This document shows positions 12,254-24,200 of a stretch of 64,000 nucleotides of DNA, piece after piece (the stretch's first letter is position 1; each line of letters starts with the position of its first letter). The notes under the pieces were generated by a model. That model was not told where the DNA came from, made no database searches, and saw only the letters and a program-made list of their open reading frames with translations. The translations under genes and the position numbers were made by a program. The stretch is taken from the NCBI GenBank assembly GCA_964016885.1, contig OZ024748.1, positions 42,594,001 through 42,658,000 of the forward strand, written 5' to 3'. Source of the DNA: Eledone cirrhosa (Eukaryota).

Positions 12254-12936
12254 CAGCGTTTCCCAACCTTTTAACCCCCGTGTAACCCTTGAAATAGCTG
12301 CCATGTCTCAGGGAACCCCTGCATAAAACTTATTATATACCATTGTTTATATCTCTTTTAGAGATTGAAGCCTTTATTATAACAACCAAACATTATCCTA
12401 CAATATCCCGACGTTCCTTTAACCCAGAGTTTCTCAACATTTTTACCCCTATGGAACCCTAGAAATAGTTTCCAGGTCTCAGGGAACCCCTACGTCAAAA
12501 TTATTATATACCATCATTACGGGTAACAATCTAGTTTTAAATAATGTAAGAGGTTGAAGCCTTTATTATAATTGTTTCTACTTTTGGCGCAAGGCCAGCA
12601 ATTATCCCAGTGTATTACTGGTACTTTATTTTATCGACCCTGTAAGGATGAAAGGCAAAGTTAACCTCGGCGGGATTTGAACTCAGACCATAAAGGGCCG
12701 TAACTCTTTGTTGCAAAGCATGGCGTCCGACCCTCTACTGATACTGCCAATCCGCCAATTATAATAATCAAGGATTTCCAACAATATGTCGTACGTGAAT
12801 AGTAAAATTACAAATATAAGATTAAACGAAAATTACTCAAATATACGTTAAATTATTTATCACTGTTTCTCACGGAACCCCTAGCGATCTCATGTGGAAT
12901 CTCATGGTTCCAGAGAATACTGCTTGAGAAATGCTG
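12254..12936. mobile_element. Non-autonomous hAT (Charlie-like) DNA transposon with internal duplication and nested SINE
   Basis: Ends CAGCGTTTCCCAA / TTGAGAAATGCTG; 8-bp flanks ATATAGAG / GTATAGAG (7/8 match); repeated GGAACCC subterminal motifs; left end repeated at ~12425. Confidence 0.75.
12573..12757 (-). mobile_element. tRNA-derived SINE nested in the hAT element
   Basis: Reverse-complement similarity to 6720-6878 (GGATGAAAGGCAAAGT, ATTTGAACTCAG); flanked by ATTATAAT direct repeats. Confidence 0.75.
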
Positions 12937-13103
12937 GTATAGAGTATATAGCTAATTAAAGATAGTATATAGAAGACTGGTATTTTAATGGCAATCGGGT
13001 AATTAAATTACCAATCGGTTTTAAATAAATATTAACGTTACCCAATGCCACGTTCTATTCTGAAGCAATATATATTAAATAGAAAATTCAAATTTCAACT
13101 CAC

Positions 13104-13215
13104 CAGAAAATAAATGCATGATGATGATCTCAGAAATACCTTTTATCGTGACTAAAATATCGCCTTCATCTTTTAATATGGCTGCTTGTTCCCAAATAAT
13201 ACCTGTGCTGAAACA
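13104..13215 (-). CDS. ZIP4/ZIP12-like zinc transporter, third visible coding exon
   Basis: TTTCTTAG acceptor, CFSTGIIWEQAAILKDEGDILVTIKGISEIIIMHLFSG, G|GTGAGT donor; phase 0 start matches the preceding exon; resembles the C-x(n)-helix ectodomain repeats of ZIP12. Confidence 0.72.
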
Positions 13216-13391
13216 CTAAGAAACAAAACATTAGTAGTTTTTAAAATACTAAAGAAATATTGAAAGAAAATTGCAAAAAATTATATATTTTTCATCCAAG
13301 AATTATGATTCTTTACTTAAGAAATTAAAAAAAGAAACTATACAACGTTTAAATATATATTTAAACATTGTTTCTGTTACTTGTGTGTTAA

Positions 13392-13520
13392 AGGTGGTAG
13401 ATAGGCAGATTTGTTATAGTGCCGGACGAAACACTTAGCAGTACTTCTTCCGGCTCTTTACTTTCTGAGATCAAATCCCGCCGTGGTCAGTTTTTCTTTT
13501 CTATCTTTCGAGGTTGAAAA
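13392..13520 (+). mobile_element. Degenerate SINE, same family as 6720-6878
   Basis: GGCAGATTTGTTA..GCCGGACGAAACACTTAGC..TTCTGAGATCAAATCCCGCCG. Confidence 0.6.
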
Positions 13521-13754
13521 GAAAAGTAAGAAAAACTAATCTAAACAACAGTCTACACTTTTATCGTACATTTCATGATATTTTGAGTTTAGAACACTTT
13601 TTCAGAGAAAAGAAATGGAGTGTGATGTTTAATTACTGGTTCTTAACTTGCAGGGAAGATAGAGAGCATTTACTTTGGATGTAACACATACTATGAACAT
13701 TTAGATAGCTAAGTTTAGAAGAGAAATTTAATATTATATTCATTTATTATATTA

Positions 13755-13992
13755 TTCTTTTACTAGTGACAGTAACTGCGGTCATACTGAGGCACCGCCT
13801 TAAATATATTTAGTTGACCATGTCGACCCCAAGACTTGGTTTTGTTTGTTTATCTGTCTAGACAATTCCTCTGAAAATGTTATGGTCAACCTAAGGCTAC
13901 GGTAGATGACACTTGCCTAATATGACAGACCATGGGATCGAACTCGAAACCTAATGAGTGTGAAGCGAACATCTTAACCACTCGTCCATGCT
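13755..13992 (-). mobile_element. Degenerate tRNA-derived SINE, second family
   Basis: Minus strand reads A-box-like TGGACGAGTGGTTAAG and B-box-like GAGTTCGATCCC. Confidence 0.55.
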
Positions 13993-14033
13993 GTGTCTAC
14001 ACCGAAAGTATGAAGGAATGAATAAATGATTAC

Positions 14034-14750
14034 CTCTTTCTTGAAAACTAGCGGCAGGTCATCGTGGTCATCGTCGTCATGGTCATCGTGGTCATCGCCG
14101 GCATTGTGGTCATCGTGGTCATCGCCGTCGTCTTGGTCATCGTGGTCATCGCCGGCGTGATGGTCATCGTGGTCATCGCCGGCGTCGTGGTCATCGTGGT
14201 TATCGCCGTCCTTGTGGTCATCGTGGTCATCGCCGTCCTTGTGGTCATCGTGGTCATCGCCGTCGTCGTGGTCATCGTGGTCAGCGCCGTCATCGTGGTC
14301 ATCGTGGTCATCGCCGTCCTTGTGGTCATCGTGGTCATCGCCGTCGTCGTGGTCATCGTGGTCATCGCCGTCGTCGTGGTCATCGTGGTCAGCGCCGTCC
14401 TTGTGGTCATCATGGTCATCGCCGACGTCGTGGACATCGTGGTCAGCGCCGTCGTCGTGGTCATCGTGGTGATCGCCGTCCTTGTGGTCATCGCTGCGGT
14501 CCAGGTTTAAAAGACTCTCTAAAACCATATCGATTTTCGTTTTCGATATGTTTTTAGAGTGGTCAGTTAATAAAGACAGCACCTCCTTTTGATAGTTTAT
14601 CGAAGAATTCTCGGGTGTTTGGCAGCCATAGGAGATGTTCTGTAAATGGTAAAGCAGTACCACAGAGAAGTTTGAAAACTCTTGTTTGGTTATAACACCT
14701 GACGAGGAATTCACCTGAACCAGCTTGAGGAGGTCTTTGGCAGTGAAGCA
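14034..14750 (-). CDS. ZIP4/ZIP12-like zinc transporter, second visible coding exon with His/Asp repeat
   Basis: TTATTTTCAG acceptor, 239 codons, GAG|GTAATC donor, phase 0/0. CFTAKDLL...FSNFSVVLLYHLQNISYGC resembles the ZIP4/ZIP12 ectodomain (C..DALL..SLLLLY..C). His-rich tracts are typical of LIV-1 ZIPs. No transmembrane domain in the window, so family call is by recalled similarity. Confidence 0.82.
14058..14492 (-). repeat. 27-bp coding minisatellite encoding ~15x G-D/A-D-H-D-D-H-x-D/A
   Basis: Directly visible GTGGTCATC periodicity and translation. Confidence 0.95.
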
Positions 14751-14864
14751 CTGAAAATAAAGAAATGGTTTGAAAATAAATTTGTCCACATTCATTGTAT
14801 TTCATAGCATTCGTATCTACTGCCAACTCCGCCCTCAACAACAGACATGTGCTATCTCAAATAA

Positions 14865-15299
14865 ATCCATCCACGACAACCTCCACTTCTATACATCATA
14901 TAGAGGTTAAATATGAGACCTAGCACAAGTAAAGTGGTTCTTGATCAACGTAGAGAACACAGATCGATCGAAAGCTTTCGATAGGATCAACTATCGATCA
15001 CTACTTTTAGGGGCTTTTAAGGGCGGGCAGTTTTAGTCCCATCTTCAGCGGGGGTTGGGGAGTCACTGCAAGGTGCAACGACATACACTTGGTGGTCAGT
15101 CATTGACCACTTATCAGAGCTATTCAATATCATGCGCGATGTCCGTCAGGAATGCCCCACTCCCTCAACTCTTGTCTCTCTTGTTCTGACTCCAGAATCT
15201 TTCTTACTGCGCAAGTTGGGGCAGAAGATGGAGAAGGACAACATCCCTCGTGAACTAGGATGCAGAAGATCCATGGCCACAAATATCGACATCATCGCC
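14865..15299 (+). pseudogene. Highly degenerate Tx1 ORF2 (RT) fragment
   Basis: CCATCCACGACAACCTCCAC..TACATCATATAGAGG..TGATCAAC..GATCGAAAGCTTTCGATAGG..GTCCGTCAGGAATGCCCC parallels positions 1-330, with many indels. Confidence 0.7.
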
Positions 15300-18200
15300 A
15301 CTTCCCTGAACTGAGAGATCACAGCTCTGATACTATGGTCATGTGGTTAGAATGTCTGAGGAAAGATTCACTGGGGAGTTGCTCCAAGTAGATCTGCTAC
15401 TTCCTTGAACTGAGAGATCACAGCTCTGATACTATGGTCATGTGGTTAGAATGTCTGAGGAAAGATTCACTGGCGAGTTGCTCCAAGTAGATCTGCTACT
15501 TCCTTGAACTGAGAGATCACAGCTCTGATACTATGGTCATGGGGTTAGAATGTCTGAGGAAAGATTCATTGGCGAGTTGCTCCAAGTAGATCTGCTACTT
15601 CCTTGAACTGAGAGATCACAGCTCTGATTCTATGGTCATGTGGTTAGAATGTCTGAGGAAAGATTCACTGGGGAGTTGCTCCAAGTAGATCTGCTACTTC
15701 CCTGAACTGAGAGATCACAGCTCTGATTCTATGGTCATGTGGTTCGAATGTCTGAGGAAAGATTCACTGGGGAGTTGCTCCAAGTAGATCTGCTACTTCC
15801 TTGAACTAAGAGATCACAGCTCTGATTCTATAGTCATGTGGTTAGAATGTCTGATGAAAGATTCACTGGGGAGTTGCTCCAAGTAGATCTGCTACTTCCC
15901 TGAAATGAGAGATCACAGCTCTGATACTATGGTCATGTGGTTAGAATGTCTGAGGAACGATTCACTGGGGTGTTGCTCCAAGTAGATCTGCTACTTCCTG
16001 GAACTGAGAGATCACAGCTCTGATTCTATGGTCATGTGGTTAGAATGTCTGAGGAAAGATTCACTGGGGAGTTGCTCCAAGTAGATCTGCTACTTCCTTG
16101 AACTGAGAGATCACAGCTCTGATACTATGGTCATGTGGTTAGAATGTCTGAGGAAAGATTCACTGGGGTGTTGCTCCAAGTAGATCTGCTACTTCCCTGA
16201 ACTGAGAGATCACAGCTCTGATTCTATGGTCATGTGGTTAGAATGTCTGAGGAAAGATTCACTGGGGAGTTGCTCCAAGTAGATCTGCTACTTCCTTGAA
16301 CTGAGAGATCACAGCTCTGATACTATGGTCATGGGGTTAAAATGTCTGAGGAAAGATTCATTGGCGAGTTGCTCCAAGTAGATCTGCTACTTCCTTGAAC
16401 TGAGAGATCACAGCTCTGATTCTATGGTCATGTGGTTAGAATGTCTGAGGAAAGATTCACTGGGGAGTTGCTCCAAGTAGATCTGCTACTTCCCTGAACT
16501 GAGAGATCACAGCTCTGATTCTATGGTCATGTGGTTCGAATGTCTGAGGAAAGATTCACTGGGGAGTTGCTCCAAGTAGATCTGCTACTTCCTTGAACTG
16601 AGAGATCACTGCTCTGATACTATGGTCATGGGGTTAAAATGTCTGAGGAAAGATTCATTGGCGAGTTGCTCCAAGTAGATCTGCTACTTCCTTGAACTGA
16701 GAGATCACAGCTTTGATATTATGGTCATGTGGTTAGAATGTCTGAGGAAAGATTCACTGGGGAGTTGCTCCAAGTAGATCTGCTACTTCCTTGAACTGAG
16801 AGATCACAGTTTGATACTATGGTCATGTGGTTAGAATGTCTGAGGAAAGATTCCCTGGGGAGTTGTTCCAAGTAGATCTGCTACTTCCCTGAACTGAGAG
16901 ATCACAGCTCTGATACTATGGTCATGTGGTTAGAATGTCTGAGGAAAGATTCAGTGGGGAGTTGCTCCAAGTAGATCTGCTACTTCCTTGAACTGAGAGA
17001 TCAATCACAGCTCTGATACTATGGTCATGTGGTTAAGAATGTCTGAGGAAAGATTCACTGGGGAGTTGCTCCAAGTAGATCTGCTACTTACTTGAACTGA
17101 GAGATCACAGCTCTGATACTATGGTCATGTGGTTAGAATGTCTGAGGAAAGATTCACTGGCGAGTTGCTCCAAGTAGATCTGCTACTTCCTTGAACTGAG
17201 AGATCACAGCTCTGATTCTATGGTCATGTGGTTAGAATGTCTGAGGAAAGATTCACTGGAGAGTTGCTCCAAGTAGATCTGCTACTTCCTTGATCTGAGA
17301 GATCACGGCTCTGATACTATGGTCATGTGGTTAGAATGTCTGAGGAAAGATTCAGTGGGGAGTTGCTCCAAGTAGATCTGCTACTTCCTTGAACTGAGAG
17401 ATCACAGCTCTGATACTATGGTCATGTGGTTAGAATGTCTGAGGAAAGATTCACTGGGGAGTTGCTCCAAGTAGATCTGCTACTTACTTGAACTGAGAGA
17501 TCACAGCTCTGATACTATGGTCATGTGGTTAGAATGTCTGAGGAAAGATTCACTGGCGAGTTGCTCCAAGTAGATCTGCTACTTCCTTGAACAGAGAGAT
17601 CACAGCTCTGATTCTATGGTCATGTGGTTAGAATGTCTGAGGAAAGATTCACTGGAGAGTTGCTCCAAGTAGATCTGCTACTTCCTTGATCTGAGAGATC
17701 ACGGCTCTGATACTATGGTCATGTGGTTAGAATGTCTGAGGAAAGATTCACTGGCGAGTTGCTCCAAGTAGATCTGCTACTTCCTTGATCTGAGAGATCA
17801 CGGCTCTGATACTATGGTCATGTGGTTAGAATGTCTGAGGAAAGATTCACTGGGGTGTTGCTCCAAGTATATCTGCTACTTCCCTGAACTGAGAGATCAC
17901 AGCTCTGATTCTATGGTCATGTGGTTCGAATGTCTGAGGAAAGATTCACTGGGGAGTTGCTCCAAGTAGATCTGCTACTTCCTTGAACTGAGAGATCACA
18001 GCTCTGATTCTATAGTCATGTGGTTAGAATGTCTGATGAAAGATTCACTGGGGAGTTGCTCCAAGTAGATCTGCTACTTCCCTGAACTAAGAGATCACAG
18101 CTCTGATACTATGGTCATGTGGTTAGAATGTCTGAGGAACGATTCACTGGGGTGTTGCTCCAAGTAGATCTGCTACTTCCTGGAACTGAGAGATCACAGC

Positions 18201-21200
18201 TCTGATTCTATGGTCATGTGGTTAGAATGTCTGAGGAAAGATTCACTGGGGAGTTGCTCCAAGTAGATCTACTACTTCCTTGAACTGAGAGATCACAGCT
18301 CTGATACTATGGTCATGTGGTTAGAATGTCTGAGGAAAGATTCACTGGGGAGTTGCTCCAAGTAGATCTGCTACTTCCCTGAACTGAGAGATCACAGCTC
18401 TGATACTATGGTCATGTGGTTAGAATGTCTGAGGAAAGATTCACTGGGGAGTTACTCCAAGTAGATCTGCTACTTCCCTGAACTGAGAGATCACAGCTCT
18501 GATACTATGGTCATGTGGTTAGAATATCTGAGGAAAGATTCACTGGGGAGTTACTCCAAGTAGCTCTGCTACTTCCCTGAACTGAGAGATCACAGCTCTG
18601 ATACTATGGTCATGTGGTTAGAATGTCTGAGGAAAGATTCACTGGGGAGTTGCTCCAAGTAGATCTGCTACTTCCCTGAACTGAGAGATCACAGCTCTGA
18701 TACTATGGTTATGTGGTTAGAATGTCTGAGGAAAGATTCACTGGGAGTTACTCCAAGTAGATCTGCTACTTCCCTGAACTGAGAGATCACAGCTCTGATA
18801 CTATGGTCATGGGGTTAGAATGTCTGAGGAAAGATTCACTGGGGGGTTACTCCAAGTAGCTCTGCTACTTCCCTGAACTGAGAGATCACAGCTCTGATAC
18901 TATGGTCATGTGGTTAGAATGTCTGAGGAAAGATTCACTGGGGAGTTGCTCCAAGTAGATCTGCTACTTCCTTGAATTGACAGATCACAGCTCTGATACT
19001 ATGGTCATGTGGTTAGAATGTCTGAGGAAAGATTCACTGGGGAGTTGCTCCAAGTAGATCTGCTACTTCCTTGAACTGAGAGATCACAGCTCTGATTCTA
19101 TGGTCATGTGGTTAGAATGTCTGAGGAAAGATTCACTGGGGTGTTGCTCCAAGTAGATCTGCTACTTCCCTGAACTGAGAGATCACAGCTCTGATTCTAT
19201 GGTCATGTGGTTCGAATGTCTGAGAAAAGATTCACTGGGGAGTTGCTCCAAGTAGATCTGCTACTTCCTTGAACTGAGAGATCACAGCTCTGATATTATG
19301 GTCATGTGGTTAGAATGTCTCAGGAAAGATTCACTGGGGAGTTGCTCCAAGTAAATCTGCTACTTCCCTGAACTGAGAGATCACAGCTCTGATACTATGG
19401 TCATGTGGTTAGAATGTCTGAGGAAAGATTCACTGGGGAGTTACTCCAAGTAGCTCTGCTACTTCCCTGAACTGAGAGATCACAGCTCTGATACTATGGT
19501 CATGTGGTTACAATGTCTGAGGAAAGATTCACTGGGGAGTTGCTCCAAGTAGATCTGCTACTTCCTTGAACTGAGAGATCACAGCTCTGATACTATGGTC
19601 ATGTGGTTAGAATGTCTGATGAAAGATTCTCTGGAGAGTTGCTCCAAGTAGATCTGCTACTTCCCTGAACTGAGAGATCACAGCTCTGATACTATAGTCA
19701 TGTGGTTAGAATGACTGAGTAAAGATTCACTGGGGAGTTGCTCCAAGTAGATCTGCTACTTCCTTGAACTGAGAGATCACAGCTCTGATACTATGGTCAT
19801 GTGGTTAGAATGTCTGAGGAAAAATTCACTGGGGAGTTGCTCCAAGTAGATCTGCTACTTCCCTGAACTGAGAGATCACAGCTCTGATTCTATGGTCATG
19901 TGGTTCGAATGTCTGAGGAAAGATTCACTGGGGTGTTGCTCCAGGTAGATCTGCTACTTCCCTGAACTGAGAGATCACAGCTCTGATACTATGGTCATGT
20001 GGTTAGAATGTCTGAGGAAAGATTCACTGGGGTGTTGCTCCAAGTAGATCTGCTACTTCCCTGAACTGAGAGATCACAGCTCTGATTCTATGGTCATGTG
20101 GTTCGAATGTCTGAGAAAAGATTCACTGGGGAGTTGCTCCAAGTAGATCTGCTACTTCCTTGAACTGAGAGATCACAGCTCTGATACTATGGTCATGTGG
20201 TTAGAATGTCTGATGAAAGATTCTCTGGAGAGTTGCTCCAAGTAGATCTGCTACTTCCCTGAACTGAGAGATCACAGCTCTGATACTATGGTCATGTGGT
20301 TAGAATGACTGAGTAAAGATTCACTGGGGAGTTGCTCCAAGTAGATCTGCTACTTCCTTGAACTGAGAGATCACAGCTCTGATACTATGGTCATGTGGTT
20401 AGAATGTCTGAGGAAAGATTCACTGGCGAGTTGCTCCAAGTAGATCTGCTACTTCCCTGAACTGAGAGATCACAGCTCTGATTCTATGGTAATGTGGTTA
20501 GAATGTCTGAGGAAAGATTCACTGGGGAGTTGCTCCAAGTAGATCTGCTACTTCCCTGAACTGAGAGATCACAGCTCTGATTCTATGGTCATGTGGTTCG
20601 AATGTCTGAGGAAAGATTCACTGGGGTGTTGCTCCAGGTAGATCTGATACTTCCCTGAACTGAGAGATCACAGCTCTGATACTATGGTCATGTGGTTAGA
20701 ATGTCTGAGGAAAGATTCACTGGGGAGTTGCTCCAAGTAGATCTGCTACTTCCTTGAACTGAGAGATCACAGCTCTGATACTATGGTCATGTGGTTAGAA
20801 TGTCTGAGGAAAGATTCACTGGGGTGTTGCTGCAAGTAGATCTGCTACTTCCCTGAACTGAGAGATCACATCTCTAATTCTATGGCCATGTGGTTAGAAT
20901 GTCTGAGGAAAGATTCACTGGGGAGTTGCTCCAAGTAGATCTGCTACTTCCTTGAACTGAGAGATCACAGCTTTGATACTATGGTCATGTGGTTAGAATG
21001 TCTGAGGAAAGATTCACTGGGGAGTTGCTCCAAGTAGATCTGCTACTTCCCTGAACTGAGAGATCACAGCTCTGATACTATGGTCATGTGGTTGGAATGT
21101 CTGAGGAAAGATTCACTGGCGGGTTGCTCCAAGTAGATCTGCTACTTCCTTGAACTGAGAGATCACAGCTCTGATACTATGGTCATGTGGTTAGAATGTC

Positions 21201-24200
21201 TGAGGAAAGATTCATTGGCGAGTTGCTCCAAGTAGATCTGCTACTACCTTGAACTGAGAGATCACAGCTCTGATTCTATGGTCATGTGGTTCGAATGTCT
21301 GAGGAAAGATTCACTGGGGAGTTGCTCCAAGTAGATCTGCTACTTCCTTGAACTGAGAGATCACAGCTCTGATTCTATAGTCATGTGGTTAGAATGTCTG
21401 ATGAAAGATTCACTGGGGAGTTGCTCCAAGTAGATCTGCTACTTCCCTGAACTGAGAGATCACAGCTCTGATACTATGGTCATGTGGTTAGAATGTCTGA
21501 GGAAAGATTCACTGGCGAGTTGCTCCAAGTAGATCTGCTACTTCCTTGAACTGAGAGATCACAGCTCTGATACTATGGTCATGTGGTTAGAATGTCTGAG
21601 GAAAGATTCATTGGCGAGTTGCTCCAAGTAGATCTGCTACTTCCTTGAACTGAGAGATCTCAGCTCTGATTCTATGGTCATGTGGTTAGAATGTCTGAGG
21701 AAAGATTCACTGGGGAGTTGCTCCAAGTAGATCTGCTACTTCCCTGAACTGAGAGATCACAGCTCTGATACTATGGTCATGTGGTTAGAATGTCTGAGGA
21801 AAGATTCACTGGGGAGTTACTCCAAGTAGCTCTGCTACTTCCCTGAACTGAGAGATCACAGCTCTGATACTATGGTCATGTGGTTAGAATGTCTGAGGAA
21901 AGATTCACTGGGGAGTGGCTCCAAGTAGATCTGCTACTTCCTTGAACTGAGAGATCACAGCTTTGATACTATGGTCATGTGGTTAGAATGTCTGAGGAAA
22001 GATTCACTGGGGAGTTGCTCCAAGTAGATCTGCTACTTCCCTGAACTGAGAGATCACAGCTCTGATACTATGGTCATGTGGTTAGAATGTCTGAGGAAAG
22101 ATTCACTGGCGAGTTGCTCCAAGTAGATCTGCTACTTCCTTGAACTGAGAGATCACAGCTCTGATTCTATGGTCATGTGGTTAGAATGTCTGAGGAAAGA
22201 TTCACTGGGGAGTTGCTCCAAGTAGACCTGCTACTTCCTTGAACTGAGAGATCACAGCTCTGATACTATGGTCATGTGGTTAGAATGTCTGAGGATAGAT
22301 TCACTGGGGAGTTGCTCCAAGTAGATCTGCTACTTCCTTGAACTGAGAGATCACAGCTCTGATACTATGGTCATGTGGTTAGAATGTCTGAGGATAGATT
22401 CACTGGGGAGTTGCTCCAAGTAGACCTGCTACTTCCTTGAACTGAGAGATCGCAGCTCTGATACTATGGTCATGTGGTTAGAATGTCTGAGGATAGATTC
22501 ACTGGGGAGTTGCTCCAAGTAGATCTGCTACTTCCCTGAACTGAGAGATCACAGCTCTGATACTATGGTCATGTGGTTAGAATGTCTGAGGAAAGATTCA
22601 CTGGGGAGTTACTCCAAGTAGCTCTGCTACTTCCCTGAACTGAGAGATCACAGCTCTGATACTATGGTCATGTGGTTAGAATGTCTGAGGAAAGATTCAC
22701 TGGGGGAGTGGCTCCAAGTAGATCTGCTACTTCCTTGAACTGAGAGATCACAGCTTTGATACTATGGTCATGTGGTTAGAATGTCTGAGGAAAGATTCAC
22801 TGGGGAGTTGCTCCAAGTAGATCTGCTACTTCCCTGAACTGAGAGATCACAGCTCTGATTCTATTCTATGGTCATGTGGTTCGAATGTCTGAGGAAAGAT
22901 TCACTGAGGAGTTGCTCCAAGTAGATCTGCTACTTCCTTGAACTGAGAGATCACAGCTCTGATTCGATAGTCTTGTGGTTAGAATGTCTGATGAAAGATT
23001 CACTGGGGAGTTGCTCCAAGTAGATCTGCTACTTCCCTGAACTGAGAGATCACAGCTCTGATACTATGGTCATGTGGTTAGAATGTCTGAGGAACGATTC
23101 ACTGGGGTGTTGCTCCAAGTAGATCTGCTACTTCCTTGAACTGAGAGATCACAGCTCTTATACTATGGTCATGTGGTTAGAATGTCTGAGGAAAGATTCA
23201 CTGGGGAGTTGCTCCAAGTAGATCTGCTACTTCCTTGAACTGAGAGATCACAGCTCTGATACTATGGTCATGTGGTTAGAATGTCTGAGGATAGATTCAC
23301 TGGGGAGTTACTCCAAGTAGATCTGCTACTTCCCTGAACTGAGAGATCACAACTCTGATACTATGGTCATGTGGTTAGAATGTCTGAGGAAAAATTCACT
23401 GGGGAGTTACTCCAAGTAGCTCTGCTACTTCCCTGAACTGAGAGATCACAGCTCTGATACTATGGTCATGTGGTTAGAATGTCTGAGGAAAGATTCACTG
23501 GGGAGTTGCTCCAAGTAGATCTGCTACTTCCTTGAACTGAGAGATCACAGCTCTGATACTATGGTCATGTGGTTAGAATGTCTGAGGAAAGATTCACTGG
23601 CGAGTTGCTCCAAGTAGATCTGCTACTTCCTTGAACTGAGAGATCACAGCTCTGATACTATGGTCATGTGGTTAGAATGTCTGAGGAAAGATTCACTGGG
23701 GAGTTGCTCCAAGTAGATCTGCTACTTCCTTGAACTGAGAGATCACAGCTCTGATTCTATGGTCATGTGGTTAGAAAGTCTGAGGAAAGATTCACTGGGG
23801 AGTTGCTCCAAGTAGATCTGCTACTTCCCTGAACTGAGAGATCACAGCTCTGAAACTATGGTTATGTGGTTAGAAAGTCTGAGGAAAGATTCACTGGGGA
23901 GTTGCTCCAAGTAGATCTGCTACTTCCTTGAACTGAGAGATCACAGCTTTGATACTATGGTCATGTGGTTAGAATGTCTGAGGAAAGATTCACTGGGGAG
24001 TTGCTCCAAGTAGATCTGCTACTTCCTTGAACTGAGAGATCACAGCTCTGATACTATGGTCATGTGGTTAGAATGTCTGAGGAAAGATTCACTGGGGAGT
24101 TGCTCCAAGTAGATCTGCTACTTCCTTGAACTGAGAGATCACAGCTCTAATACTATGGTCATGTGGTTAGAATGTCTGAGGAAAGATTCACTGGGGAGTT

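Noticed and set aside
14048-14510. Alternative-frame ORFs (Thr/Met-rich, Val/Ile-rich, Ser/Trp-rich)
   Set aside because: By-products of the 27-bp repeat; only the His/Asp frame has flanking homology and splice sites.
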